Shown here one piece after another: positions 11,121 through 19,546 of a stretch of DNA of 64,000 nucleotides. The stretch's first letter is position 1, and the number at the start of each line of letters is the position of its first letter. The DNA comes from an uncultured Anaerolineae bacterium (lineage in GTDB: Bacteria; Chloroflexota; Anaerolineae; JAADDB01): NCBI GenBank assembly GCA_964402285.1, contig CAYOAZ010000092.1:15978-79977 (forward strand), given 5' to 3'. Below the pieces are notes generated by a model. The model had not been told where the DNA came from. It was given only the letters and a program-made list of their open reading frames with translations, and did not search any database. Both the position numbers and the translations under genes were made by a program.

Positions 11121-11735
11121 ATGGGAACCGGCACACACGGGGGAAGGGTGAGAGAGAGGCGGCGTAAAAACGGCTCGACGCCGTCAGATGTGGATTTAAT
11201 TCAGCAGGCGCGCACTGATCCAAACGCGTTTGCCGCGTTGTATGAGCGGTATGTGAATCGGATCTACGCGTACTTCTACTACCGTACAGGAAGTCACGAT
11301 GACGCGGAGGAGTTGACATCCCGGTTCTTTTACCGGCTGATTGAACGAATTCACTTGTTCGAGGATCGGGGCGTGCCCGTGTCCGCGTGGATGTTCCGCA
11401 TTGCGCACAATATGCTGGCGAATTGGATGCGGGATCGCTCGCGACGTCAGGAAGTACCGTTGGAGGTGGCGGGCAATGGCTACCACCAGCGAGACCATCC
11501 TGAAGATATGGTGGTGGCCAGGGAAGAACAGGAGATGTTGTTACAGGTGATTCAGCAGTTGCCTCCAGAACGTCAGTTGTTGCTGTATCTCAAGTTTGTG
11601 GAGGGTATGCCCCACGCGGAGATAGGCAAGGTTCTGGGGCGAACCGAGGGCGCGGTTAAATCCTTGTACCATCGGACCCTGGTGTCCCTGCGGCGTCTGT
11701 TGACTCAACGGGTTAATAGCAAAGGAGAGATCTGA
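11121..11735 (+). CDS. ECF-type RNA polymerase sigma-70 family factor
   Basis: Region 2 (DVDLIQQARTDPNAFAALYERYVNRIYAYFYYRTGSHDDAEELTSRFFYRL) and region 4 HTH (LPPERQLLLYLKFVEGMPHAEIGKVLGRTEGAVKSLYHRTLVSLRR). Start is ambiguous: GTG at 11046 or ATG at 11121. Confidence 0.8.
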   Translation: MGTGTHGGRVRERRRKNGSTPSDVDLIQQARTDPNAFAALYERYVNRIYAYFYYRTGSHDDAEELTSRFFYRLIERIHLFEDRGVPVSAWMFRIAHNMLANWMRDRSRRQEVPLEVAGNGYHQRDHPEDMVVAREEQEMLLQVIQQLPPERQLLLYLKFVEGMPHAEIGKVLGRTEGAVKSLYHRTLVSLRRLLTQRVNSKGEI

Positions 11736-12589
11736 TGTGGCGCGTTGTGACCGATTCTACCATGGATCTACCCCAGGATTTGGTGGAGAAGTACGGCATC
11801 GTGGTCGTCCCCATTCGCATCCACTTTGGTGAGGAAACATATCTGGACAAGGTGGATTTAAGCGAGGATGATTTTTACCGCCTCATTGAGGAGCGCGGGA
11901 TTATTCCCAAGACCTCCCAGGTGACCCCCGGACAGTTGGTAGAAGCGTATGAGCGTCTGTATCAGGAAGGGATTCGGGAGATTCTGTCCATACACATTTC
12001 GTCCCACTTGAGTGGTTCCTATGATTCTGCTGTTCAAGCCGCGCGCATGGTGGCTCATAAAATACGAGTCATTCCCTTTGACAGTTTGTCCGGTTCGGGA
12101 GGACTGGGATTTATGGCGTTGGAGGCAGCAAAGATGGCCCTGGAGGGGAAACCCTTAAAGAGGGCACTCCAGCGCCTGGAGCGCATGCGGGATGCTATGC
12201 GCATTTATCTCATGCTGGATAATCTCAAGTTTCCCCAGATGAGCGGACGGGTGACGTTTGTGCAGCAAGTGGTGGCTTCTATGTTGCGTTTGAAGATGAT
12301 TGTGGCAGTGCGGGCCGGTCATTTGGTGCCGACGGACAAGGTACGCACTCGCCAGCGGGCATTGGATCGCCTTGTCCAGTTGGTCGCGGAGGAATACGAT
12401 AGGCGACCATTGCACATTGGCTCCATGCACGCGAAGGCTCCAGAGACAATGCAGCGGTTGTTGAACCTGGCTCGAAAGCGGCTGAATGTTGTCTCAGAGA
12501 TCACGACTTCACTTGCTACGTCGGTGGCTGTCCATCTGGGGCCGGGAACAGTGGGGATTGTTGCTTATCCCGCGGATTTGGAACAGTGA
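11735..12589 (+). CDS. DegV family fatty-acid-binding protein
   Basis: MWRVVTDSTMDLPQDLVEKYGIVVVPIRIHFGEETY...TSQVTPGQLVEAYERL. ATG overlaps the sigma-factor stop (TGATG). Confidence 0.85.
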   Translation: MWRVVTDSTMDLPQDLVEKYGIVVVPIRIHFGEETYLDKVDLSEDDFYRLIEERGIIPKTSQVTPGQLVEAYERLYQEGIREILSIHISSHLSGSYDSAVQAARMVAHKIRVIPFDSLSGSGGLGFMALEAAKMALEGKPLKRALQRLERMRDAMRIYLMLDNLKFPQMSGRVTFVQQVVASMLRLKMIVAVRAGHLVPTDKVRTRQRALDRLVQLVAEEYDRRPLHIGSMHAKAPETMQRLLNLARKRLNVVSEITTSLATSVAVHLGPGTVGIVAYPADLEQ

Positions 12590-12942
12590 AGGAGGGCATC
12601 GTGTTGTGGGATCTGTTGGATGAACACGCTCAGGCGTTGATTGATCAGGATGAAGAGAAACGGTTACGCGTGCGGGCGTTGGCCGAGGCTTCTCCCGAAC
12701 TCCTCTCGTTAATGGATGTGGCCGAGCGTGTCCACCGGGCATATCAACCGGTGGCACCTTCCGGGGAATTTCGAGCGCGCTTGAAAAAGAAGGTCCGACG
12801 CGCAGCCCGCTGGAAGTTGTGGTGGCCGAACACGGCTCAACGAATGTTGCGCTCTTATTGGCTCTGGGGCGCGTTGGCTTCCATTGTGTCCGTGGCCGGA
12901 GGGGTCGGCTATTTTCTAGTCCGCCGTTCGCAAACAGCGTAA
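12586..12942 (+). CDS. hypothetical single-pass membrane protein (cytoplasmic N-domain about 90 aa plus C-terminal TM); possible anti-sigma factor
   Basis: GTG start overlapping the DegV stop. C-terminal TM LWGALASIVSVAGGVGYFLV. No ZAS HxxxCxxC motif. Confidence 0.4.
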   Translation: MKEGIVLWDLLDEHAQALIDQDEEKRLRVRALAEASPELLSLMDVAERVHRAYQPVAPSGEFRARLKKKVRRAARWKLWWPNTAQRMLRSYWLWGALASIVSVAGGVGYFLVRRSQTA

Positions 12943-12963
12943 ACCTAGACCAGGAGGCGAGGT

Positions 12964-14181
12964 ATGCACCGGTACAGCCGTATTACCGGGTGGGGGATGT
13001 ATGTGCCCGAACGACGACTTACGAACTTTGACCTGGAGCAAATGGTCGATACCAGCGATAAGTGGATTGTCGAACGTACAGGCATTCGGGAACGTCGTAT
13101 CGTGGGCCCTGGGGAGACAACCCGAACCATGTCAGTGGCTGCTGCCCGTCGAGCGTTAAGCGTGGCTGGGATCTCCCCCCAGGATCTGGACCTCATCATT
13201 GTGGCCACCTCATCTCCTGACCACCTTCTCCCCACTGTGGCGACCCAAATTCAGGCGGATTTAGGGGCGGATGATGTACCGGCGTTCGCTCTGGTGGCCG
13301 GCTGCACGGGATTTGTGTACGCGCTGGTAAACGCGCATCAGTTTATCGCGTCGGGCGCGTATGACCGGGTGCTGGTTATCGGCGCGGAGACGATTTCTAA
13401 GGCCGTGAATTGGGAAGATCGCTCCACGTGTGTGCTTTTCGGGGACGGTGCGGGCGCCGTGGTTGTGGAGGCGTCCCAGACGCCAGGCGGACTTCTTGCC
13501 TTTGAGTTGGGTGCAGACGGGTATCAGTGGGATACGTTGATGATCCCCGCGGGAGGCGTTGCCCATCCCCCCGACCATGAGATGATAGATAAGAAGCTGT
13601 ACACGATTCGCATGAACGGCCGCGCGGTGTTCCGCTTTGCCACTCGGGTGATGACCGAAGCCACGCGACATGTGATCCGTGAGGCAGGATTGACGCCGGA
13701 GGACATAGCATTGCTCATCCCCCACCAGGCAAACCTGCGCATTATCGAGTACGCGGCCAAGAAGTTAGGGTTCCCCATGGAGAAGGTGATGGTGAACATC
13801 GACAAGTACGGGAATACATCGGCCGCGTCCATCCCCTTAGCCCTGGTGGAGGCACTGGAGCAGGGCCGGGTGAAACCCGGCGATACCATCGTCATGGTAG
13901 GATTTGGCGCGGGGTTGACCTGGGGCGCAGCAGTATGGCACTGGCAGCCTGTCTCACCGGAAAATGAAGCAATCCTGGTGGAGGATTGGCCTATCCCGCA
14001 AGCGTTACAAACGGGATGGCGTCGGGTGCGCACACAAGCGTGGAACGCGCGAGTGGCCGTGTCTGAGAAAGTGACCCTGGCCCTGTTGCCTCTGTACGCG
14101 TGGACGCATAAATTGCGCAAAAACGTGGCCCGGCAAGTGCCCCTTCCCAAGATCCCAACACCACGGAAGCCTCGGAAATAG
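12964..14181 (+). CDS. fabH: 3-oxoacyl-ACP synthase III (FabH) with an atypical ~80-aa C-terminal extension
   Basis: MHRYSRITGWGMYVPERRLTNFDLEQMVDTSDKWIVERTGIRERR...LVAGCTGFVYAL...GFGAGLTWGAAVWHW, then an extension ending ...LALLPLYAWTHKLRKNVARQVPLPKIPTPRKPRK. Confidence 0.85.
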   Translation: MHRYSRITGWGMYVPERRLTNFDLEQMVDTSDKWIVERTGIRERRIVGPGETTRTMSVAAARRALSVAGISPQDLDLIIVATSSPDHLLPTVATQIQADLGADDVPAFALVAGCTGFVYALVNAHQFIASGAYDRVLVIGAETISKAVNWEDRSTCVLFGDGAGAVVVEASQTPGGLLAFELGADGYQWDTLMIPAGGVAHPPDHEMIDKKLYTIRMNGRAVFRFATRVMTEATRHVIREAGLTPEDIALLIPHQANLRIIEYAAKKLGFPMEKVMVNIDKYGNTSAASIPLALVEALEQGRVKPGDTIVMVGFGAGLTWGAAVWHWQPVSPENEAILVEDWPIPQALQTGWRRVRTQAWNARVAVSEKVTLALLPLYAWTHKLRKNVARQVPLPKIPTPRKPRK

Positions 14182-14235
14182 ATCTTGCTGTGCGTCGAAT
14201 TCCCGGCGACGTGATACGCAAGGATCCCTTGGGAG

Positions 14236-14263
14236 TTGCCTCCTGGCGTCAAATACATATACT
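14236..14263 (+). promoter_or_regulatory. candidate sigma-70-type promoter (TTGCCT-16 nt-TATACT) about 25 nt upstream of tRNA-Arg(CCT)
   Basis: Hexamers read directly from the sequence. Spacing and position are right for a tRNA promoter. Confidence 0.35.
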
Positions 14264-14288
14264 TCTCCCAGGAGACAGTACGGGGTGA

Positions 14289-14365
14289 GCCCCCGTAGCT
14301 CAGGAGGACAGAGCAGCGGGTTCCTAACCCGCGTGTCGCAGGTTCGAATCCTGCCGGGGGCGCCA
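14289..14365 (+). tRNA. tRNA-Arg (anticodon CCT), CCA encoded
   Basis: Hand-folded cloverleaf: acceptor [15 protein letters not shown]-stem GCTC/GAGC, anticodon stem GCGGG/CCCGC with loop UUCCUAA, T-arm GCAGGTTCGAATCCTGC, discriminator G, CCA. Confidence 0.9.
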
Positions 14366-14445
14366 GAGCAGCGTGTGGTGTAACCGGAAAAGGGGATTCG
14401 TGGATGTGCGTTACGGGATGGCTACGTCCACGAATCCCCTTTCTT

Positions 14446-16443
14446 TTATGGATGATTGCTCAGCGTTGCGGTCACTGCGGGATGGTCGGAAGCAGGGCCA
14501 ATAAGATAATCCGCGTCTAGAACTTGAAGATCTGGCGACACAAAAATGTGGTCGATTTTGTCCACAGGACCACAGCCCCGGTCATTGACCCAGTTGGGCC
14601 AACGAGCCGTCCACGTGTCCACCAGGAATTCAAGAGCGCGCTTGTACTGAATCGTGTTTGGCTGGAAATTGAAATCCCCCATGACAATAGTGCGATCCCG
14701 TGCATCCACCAACGAGAGAAGTTGCTCCAATTGGATCATAGGCCCTCCGTTGCCCAGGTGTGTAACAAACACGTGATACACCTGGCCCCCCACGATCACA
14801 TCAGCCTCAATGGCCGCAACCTGTTCCCCTTCACTGTACAGGAACCATGTGCGAGGAGAACGAATGGGATACCGGGAGAGTAAAGCAATGCCGAACGTCC
14901 CCGTTGGAGTCTTAGGACCGTAATACGCGTACATGTTCAAGTGATATGCCAAATACCGGACCACGTCTGCGTTGCCATTGGCAATGCGGGCGTCATCTGT
15001 CTCGGCCAGGCCTAAAATATCGGGTTGAACTCCACGAATAACACGTAATTGCCCCGCGAAATTTCGCTGACCGTCTTTGCTGTACCCTTGCTGAATGTTA
15101 TACGCCATCACCGTTATCCGATTCGGTACCTCTGCAGGCGGATGGGGGCGGGGTGTCAACCAAAACGCGGTCCCAATGGTCAACACCAGAATCCCTATCC
15201 CCCCTACAAGCACCAGGCGCGGAACGCGACTTTGTGGGACTGAATTCCGTTGCAGGAGAAATGCGACCCACAGCACGCCCCCTACAACCAGGTGAATCTG
15301 CCAAAAACGGTTGCGGAAGAAAGGTCCTACCACGGGAATGTAATCGTACACTGTGGTAAACACATGTCCGAAGATGAGGACAAGAAGGTAGAGGAACGCG
15401 AAGCCGAATATCACCCCTGCCCGTCGTGGGGAAGGGCGGAACGTGGTCAGTCGTTGGAAGAAGTGGTTCGCGCTGAAGAAAAGTATCGGATAGAGGAGCA
15501 AGGTCAATGCCAGGGGAACTGCGTGAGTCGCGGATGGGATGGGCTCAGCAAGGGGATATGCGTCCGGTTGAGTGGGGAAAACGGGTTGATGTACTTTGGC
15601 TGTCCAGGCCAAGGCCAGGGCAAAGAGGAACAACAACGTTCCTTCAAAGGGGAAGGACATTCCACGGCGTCCCAGGAACGTGACCATGCCAATCCAGCCT
15701 GCCGCATATCCCAGGACAATCCATCGATAGTCCACCCCAGTCCAGCGAGCCAACACATGCGGTGCAGTGAAGACGAAGTACAACAACGCGAACACACTCA
15801 CCACCCCGATCGCATCGGCCCAGATGCTCGGAGCCATCGCGTTCGTTCCTCGCGTTCCCCTGCCCTGCAGCGCGTAAGGCCCTAATAGCGCGGCCAGGAA
15901 CACGAACCCCCACCCCACTACTTGTCCCCATCCAACAGTGGACACATCCAATCCTAAGCCCACTGTACGCAATAGCGCGGATAGTGGGACTGCCAGCATG
16001 AGACCCAGGGCCATCTCCTGCCCTTCTTCTGAACCGCGGGCTGTTGTAAAGAGCACGGGAAAGAGAATCCCCCATGCGGCTATGCCTATGCCGGCTGTGA
16101 GCATTCGACCGTACGTGTTCATCAATGGGATAAGGGCACGCGCGAGGAGGAAAGCGAACAGCAACGCGTAGAGACTGCGGGTCGATGGACGTTGTGGGAA
16201 AAAGAGCAGGAGGAAGGGCGAGAGCAGGAGGAGCACGGATACAATTTGGGGCGGAATGCCCGTGCTCATTAGCCCGAACGCGTACACCGCTTCCACAAAG
16301 TCGGCCAACGTTTGGAAGAAAAGGAGAAAGAGCAAAGCGAAGAACAGAACGCGCGGTAGGGATATCTCGTTTGCTTTCATGGTCCACGCTGCCATTTTGA
16401 GTAATGTTTGGGGGATGGACCTGCAAATTCCATTATAACACAC
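14446..16443 (-). CDS. polytopic membrane protein with C-terminal endonuclease/exonuclease/phosphatase (EEP) domain
   Basis: N-terminal ~420 aa with more than 10 hydrophobic helices. C-terminal ITVMAYNIQQGYSKDGQRNF...ILGLAETDD...TIVMGDFNFQP...SDHPAVTATL (EEP catalytic blocks). True start is probably internal (MAAWTM at 16395 or MKANE at 16380), because a TATAAT box overlaps the first codons. Confidence 0.7.
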   Translation of the reverse strand: MCYNGICRSIPQTLLKMAAWTMKANEISLPRVLFFALLFLLFFQTLADFVEAVYAFGLMSTGIPPQIVSVLLLLSPFLLLFFPQRPSTRSLYALLFAFLLARALIPLMNTYGRMLTAGIGIAAWGILFPVLFTTARGSEEGQEMALGLMLAVPLSALLRTVGLGLDVSTVGWGQVVGWGFVFLAALLGPYALQGRGTRGTNAMAPSIWADAIGVVSVFALLYFVFTAPHVLARWTGVDYRWIVLGYAAGWIGMVTFLGRRGMSFPFEGTLLFLFALALAWTAKVHQPVFPTQPDAYPLAEPIPSATHAVPLALTLLLYPILFFSANHFFQRLTTFRPSPRRAGVIFGFAFLYLLVLIFGHVFTTVYDYIPVVGPFFRNRFWQIHLVVGGVLWVAFLLQRNSVPQSRVPRLVLVGGIGILVLTIGTAFWLTPRPHPPAEVPNRITVMAYNIQQGYSKDGQRNFAGQLRVIRGVQPDILGLAETDDARIANGNADVVRYLAYHLNMYAYYGPKTPTGTFGIALLSRYPIRSPRTWFLYSEGEQVAAIEADVIVGGQVYHVFVTHLGNGGPMIQLEQLLSLVDARDRTIVMGDFNFQPNTIQYKRALEFLVDTWTARWPNWVNDRGCGPVDKIDHIFVSPDLQVLDADYLIGPASDHPAVTATLSNHP
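16429..16440 (-). promoter_or_regulatory. extended -10 element (TGTTATAAT on minus strand) for the EEP membrane protein gene
   Basis: Reverse complement of 16429-16440 reads TGTGTTATAATGG. It lies upstream of the internal candidate starts. Confidence 0.35.
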
Positions 16444-16593
16444 CTTTGGAATGTTACTTAGGTTGGGCTAAAAAGGCCGGGGGCCCAAAGGGAATGCTGG
16501 AGTGGTCAACACGATTGCGTGTGTGCACACTCGTTAATATAATTAGTGATAGTGGTGATAAACGCATTTATCCCTAAGGAGTGACTGCTCATC

Positions 16594-17286
16594 ATGGCCT
16601 CAAAATCGTACCACCAGCCCAGTTTAGCGGGTGGGGGTCACGTGATTATTCGTGTCTTTATTGCTGATGATCACCCCGTTGTTCGCAATGGACTGAAGAT
16701 GCAAATTGCTCAGGCCTCGGACATGAGGGTGGTAGGGGAAACCGGTGAGGGGAACAAAGTTTTGCCGTTGATACACCAAGAGATGCCCGATGTCGTTGTC
16801 TTGGATGCTGTCATACCGGGGGTGCGGACGAGCACCCTGGTGCGCCGCATCAAATCTCAGTTCCCTTCGGTCAAGATAATTGTCTTTTCGGCATATGAAG
16901 ATCCGGCCCTGGTGCGCGGTCTGCTTGCTGCTGGCGTGGATGGGTATATGTTGAAGGAAGAGATGCTATCACGCGTGGTGGACGCCGTGCGAGAGGTCAT
17001 GGGGGGAGGGATGCCTCTCAGCAGCAGAATCGCGATCCACATGCGTGAGGTGTGGCAACAAGATGCTCACACCCACCTGCCGATGCCTGAAGACCTTACC
17101 CTTCGTGAACGAGAGGTGCTGGAATGGATGGCCCAGGGTCTTAGCAACCGCGCCATTGCTGAGAAACTCCACGTGACCGAGCGGACGGTCAAATTCCACG
17201 TGGGAAACATTTTAGGCAAACTGGGGGCTCGATCGCGGGTTGAGGCAGTGCGCATTGCCATTGCCCGGGGCTTGATAGACGTTTAG
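16594..17286 (+). CDS. LuxR/NarL-family two-component response regulator
   Basis: REC domain IRVFIADDHPVVRNGLKMQIA...VVVLDAVIPG...; C-terminal LuxR HTH LTLREREVLEWMAQGLSNRAIAEKLHVTERTVKFHVGNILGKLGARSRVEAV. Confidence 0.85.
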   Translation: MASKSYHQPSLAGGGHVIIRVFIADDHPVVRNGLKMQIAQASDMRVVGETGEGNKVLPLIHQEMPDVVVLDAVIPGVRTSTLVRRIKSQFPSVKIIVFSAYEDPALVRGLLAAGVDGYMLKEEMLSRVVDAVREVMGGGMPLSSRIAIHMREVWQQDAHTHLPMPEDLTLREREVLEWMAQGLSNRAIAEKLHVTERTVKFHVGNILGKLGARSRVEAVRIAIARGLIDV

Positions 17287-17540
17287 TCCTCTCCCTGTAA
17301 CGGAAGGTGCCCCGCGCGTTCCTTTCCCCGGGAATGCGTTTACCCCAAACGTCCTCCAACAGTTTGCTCCGTTTCCCCAACCCAGCGGAGCCGCAGTGCA
17401 CTAGCCATGTACCCGCACTTCAGGGAGAGAACCTACCACCAGAGGCCCGCGGGATACGAAAAATTCTCCCGGGTAACCAAGGCCACCCGGGACGTGTGCC
17501 AAGGTGGAGAGGACGAGCCCACTTCGCGGTTTAACAGACT

Positions 17541-17586
17541 CCAAAGATCAAACAACCCCCGTGCGGGGACCTTTCCCACACGGGGG
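17541..17586 (-). terminator. rho-independent terminator for tRNA-Arg(TCG)
   Basis: Minus-strand transcript: CCCCCGUG-UGGGAAAGGUCCCCG-CACGGGGG hairpin followed by UUGUUUGAUCUUU. Confidence 0.5.
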
Positions 17587-17591
17587 TTTAG

Positions 17592-17664
17592 CGCCCCGGG
17601 CAGGACTCGAACCTGCAACCTACGGATTCGAAGTCCGTTGCTCTATCCATTGAGCTACCGGGGC
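17592..17664 (-). tRNA. tRNA-Arg (anticodon TCG), no encoded CCA
   Basis: Reverse complement folds as acceptor GCCCCGG/CCGGGGC, D-stem GCTC/GAGC, anticodon stem ACGGA/TCCGT with loop CUUCGAA, T-arm GCAGGTTCGAGTCCTGC. 73 nt. Confidence 0.9.
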
Positions 17665-17904
17665 TCATCCAGGCATAGTATACGGACTTCCGGGAGAATT
17701 GGCAAACCCTAAGGCGGTCTTATGCCGTTGAGTGTACCAAACGATTTTTTTCGTTTCCTTTGGATTTTGCCCTATAATTGGGCAAAGTCCTGTCTTACAT
17801 CCCAACATACGCCATGCCTGATCCCGTTTTCCGCGTGTTTGGACTCCCTGTCCTTGGGGGCACGCGAGAAGGTTATAAGCAGCTGGGCATGGGGAGCAAC
17901 AGCA

Positions 17905-18543
17905 ATGAGCGTAGATGAACACGTGAGGGAGGCTTTACACCGTCTGGAAGAGGAGATCAAGCGGTGTACGCGATGTCGTCTCCACCAGACCCGAACCCAA
18001 GCTGTCCCCGGTGATGGCCCCTATGACGCGGAGATCATGTTCATTGGCGAAGCCCCCGGCTATCACGAGGACAAACAAGGCCGACCCTTTGTCGGGGCTG
18101 CCGGGCAGTACTTAAACGAACTCCTGGAGAAGAACGGGTTGCGCCGGGAGGACGTGTACATCACCAACATCGTTAAGTGTCGCCCCCCAAGGAACCGTGA
18201 CCCCCTCCCTGACGAGATCGCGGCCTGTCAGGACTATTTGGACCGACAAATTGAACTTATCAACCCTCGCGTTATCGTCACATTAGGACGATTTGCCATG
18301 CAACACTTCTTTCCTGGCGCGTCCATTAGCCGTGTTCACGGGCAACCGCGGCGCCTCGGCGACCGGATCTTTTTCCCGATCTTCCACCCTGCGGCAGGAC
18401 TTTATCAGCCCAAATGGCAGCCTTTGCTGGAGGAAGATTTCCGCAAGTTGGGTGACCTGATTCGACGCCTGCGGGAGCCATCGGCTCAGACCTCATATGA
18501 ACAGTTATCCCTGTTCGAGGAGGATGAGTCCCACCATGAGTGA
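17905..18543 (+). CDS. uracil-DNA glycosylase, family 4
   Basis: CTRCRLHQTRTQAVPGDGPYDAEIMFIGEAPGYHEDKQGRPFVGAAGQYLNELL...VYITNIVKCRPPRNRDP. ORF-track start at 17722 is too early; ATG at 17905 (MSVDEH). Confidence 0.8.
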   Translation: MSVDEHVREALHRLEEEIKRCTRCRLHQTRTQAVPGDGPYDAEIMFIGEAPGYHEDKQGRPFVGAAGQYLNELLEKNGLRREDVYITNIVKCRPPRNRDPLPDEIAACQDYLDRQIELINPRVIVTLGRFAMQHFFPGASISRVHGQPRRLGDRIFFPIFHPAAGLYQPKWQPLLEEDFRKLGDLIRRLREPSAQTSYEQLSLFEEDESHHE

Positions 18544-19450
18544 GGAGGGCATTACCGGAACTCGCACACCTTCTTTCCCATTTCCCCGTCGCGGACTGGT
18601 AGGCCTGCTCCTTATATCCATCTTCTGGCCGTTGAACTGGCTTTTGCCCGGGTTGCGCACTTACTGGATTTTCTTCCCCCTCTGGTTGGGATATGCCCTG
18701 ACGGTGGACGCGTTGGCGTACCGTCGTCACGGCACTTCCCTGTACGCTCGGAGTCCACGCAAGTATGTGGGCCTATTTCTCATCTCCGCTCCGGGGTGGT
18801 GGTTGTTTGAACTCCTCAACGCGCGGCTGCACAACTGGTACTACGTTGGCGCGGAGTACTTCTCCGATGCCGCGTACGCGTTTTGGGCCACATTGAGTTT
18901 CTCCACAGTGATGCCCGCAGTGTTCGGCACCGCGGAGTGGGCATACGCGCAATTCAACGGCTTTCCTGCCTGGCGTCAGGGTCCGCGCGTGCCCCCCTCA
19001 CGGGCGGTGGTTGTAAGTTTTTTCCTGGCAGGGTGGGGCATGTTGGTGTTAATGTTGATATGGCCCCGTTACTTTTTCTTCTTCCTCTGGGGAAGCATCT
19101 ACCTGATTCTCGAACCGTTGAACGTGTGGTTGGGACATGTAAACTTGCTACAATGGACCGATCGTCGGGATTGGCGCCCCATTGCCGCGCTGTGGACGGG
19201 CGTGCTGGTGACCGCGTTCTTCTGGGAGATGTGGAATTTCTACGCTTATCCCAAATGGGTGTATAACGTTCCCTTCGTTAATTTCCTGCACGTTTTTGAA
19301 ATGCCCTTACTGGGCTATTTGGGTTATTTACCCTTTTCCCTGGAACTGTTTGCTCTTTACCATTTCGTGGTGGGCCTGTTGGGCGAACCCAAAACGACTT
19401 ACATTACGGCAGGATGGTGTTTTTCCAAAAAGGTGTCTGAGATGGGATAA
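18536..19450 (+). CDS. hypothetical polytopic membrane protein
   Basis: ATG at 18536 overlaps the UDG stop by 8 nt. Multiple hydrophobic helices, W/F/Y-rich (FWATLSFSTVMPAVFG, VVVSFFLAGWGMLVLMLIW, VLVTAFFWEMWNFYAY). Confidence 0.5.
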   Translation: MSEEGITGTRTPSFPFPRRGLVGLLLISIFWPLNWLLPGLRTYWIFFPLWLGYALTVDALAYRRHGTSLYARSPRKYVGLFLISAPGWWLFELLNARLHNWYYVGAEYFSDAAYAFWATLSFSTVMPAVFGTAEWAYAQFNGFPAWRQGPRVPPSRAVVVSFFLAGWGMLVLMLIWPRYFFFFLWGSIYLILEPLNVWLGHVNLLQWTDRRDWRPIAALWTGVLVTAFFWEMWNFYAYPKWVYNVPFVNFLHVFEMPLLGYLGYLPFSLELFALYHFVVGLLGEPKTTYITAGWCFSKKVSEMG

Positions 19451-19546
19451 TGTGCTCTAGTGAGAGAATACCGTGGGGAGAGAGATAGCAAGTGCTCCTG
19501 TCCCCACGCCTTTTGACTCCATAACCTGGTACCGTGTGTTCAGCGA

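Noticed and set aside
16441-16443. Annotated first ATG of the EEP membrane protein ORF
   Set aside because: It is embedded in a TGTTATAAT extended -10 box, so more likely promoter than start codon. Internal starts at 16395 or 16380 are preferred.
17287-17555. SRP RNA or RNase P RNA in the LuxR-tRNA spacer
   Set aside because: I looked for the SRP domain-IV motif (GUCCGGAAGGAAGCAGC) and the RNase P P4/GGAAAGUCCGG cores on both strands and found only partial GGAAGG matches without the surrounding context.
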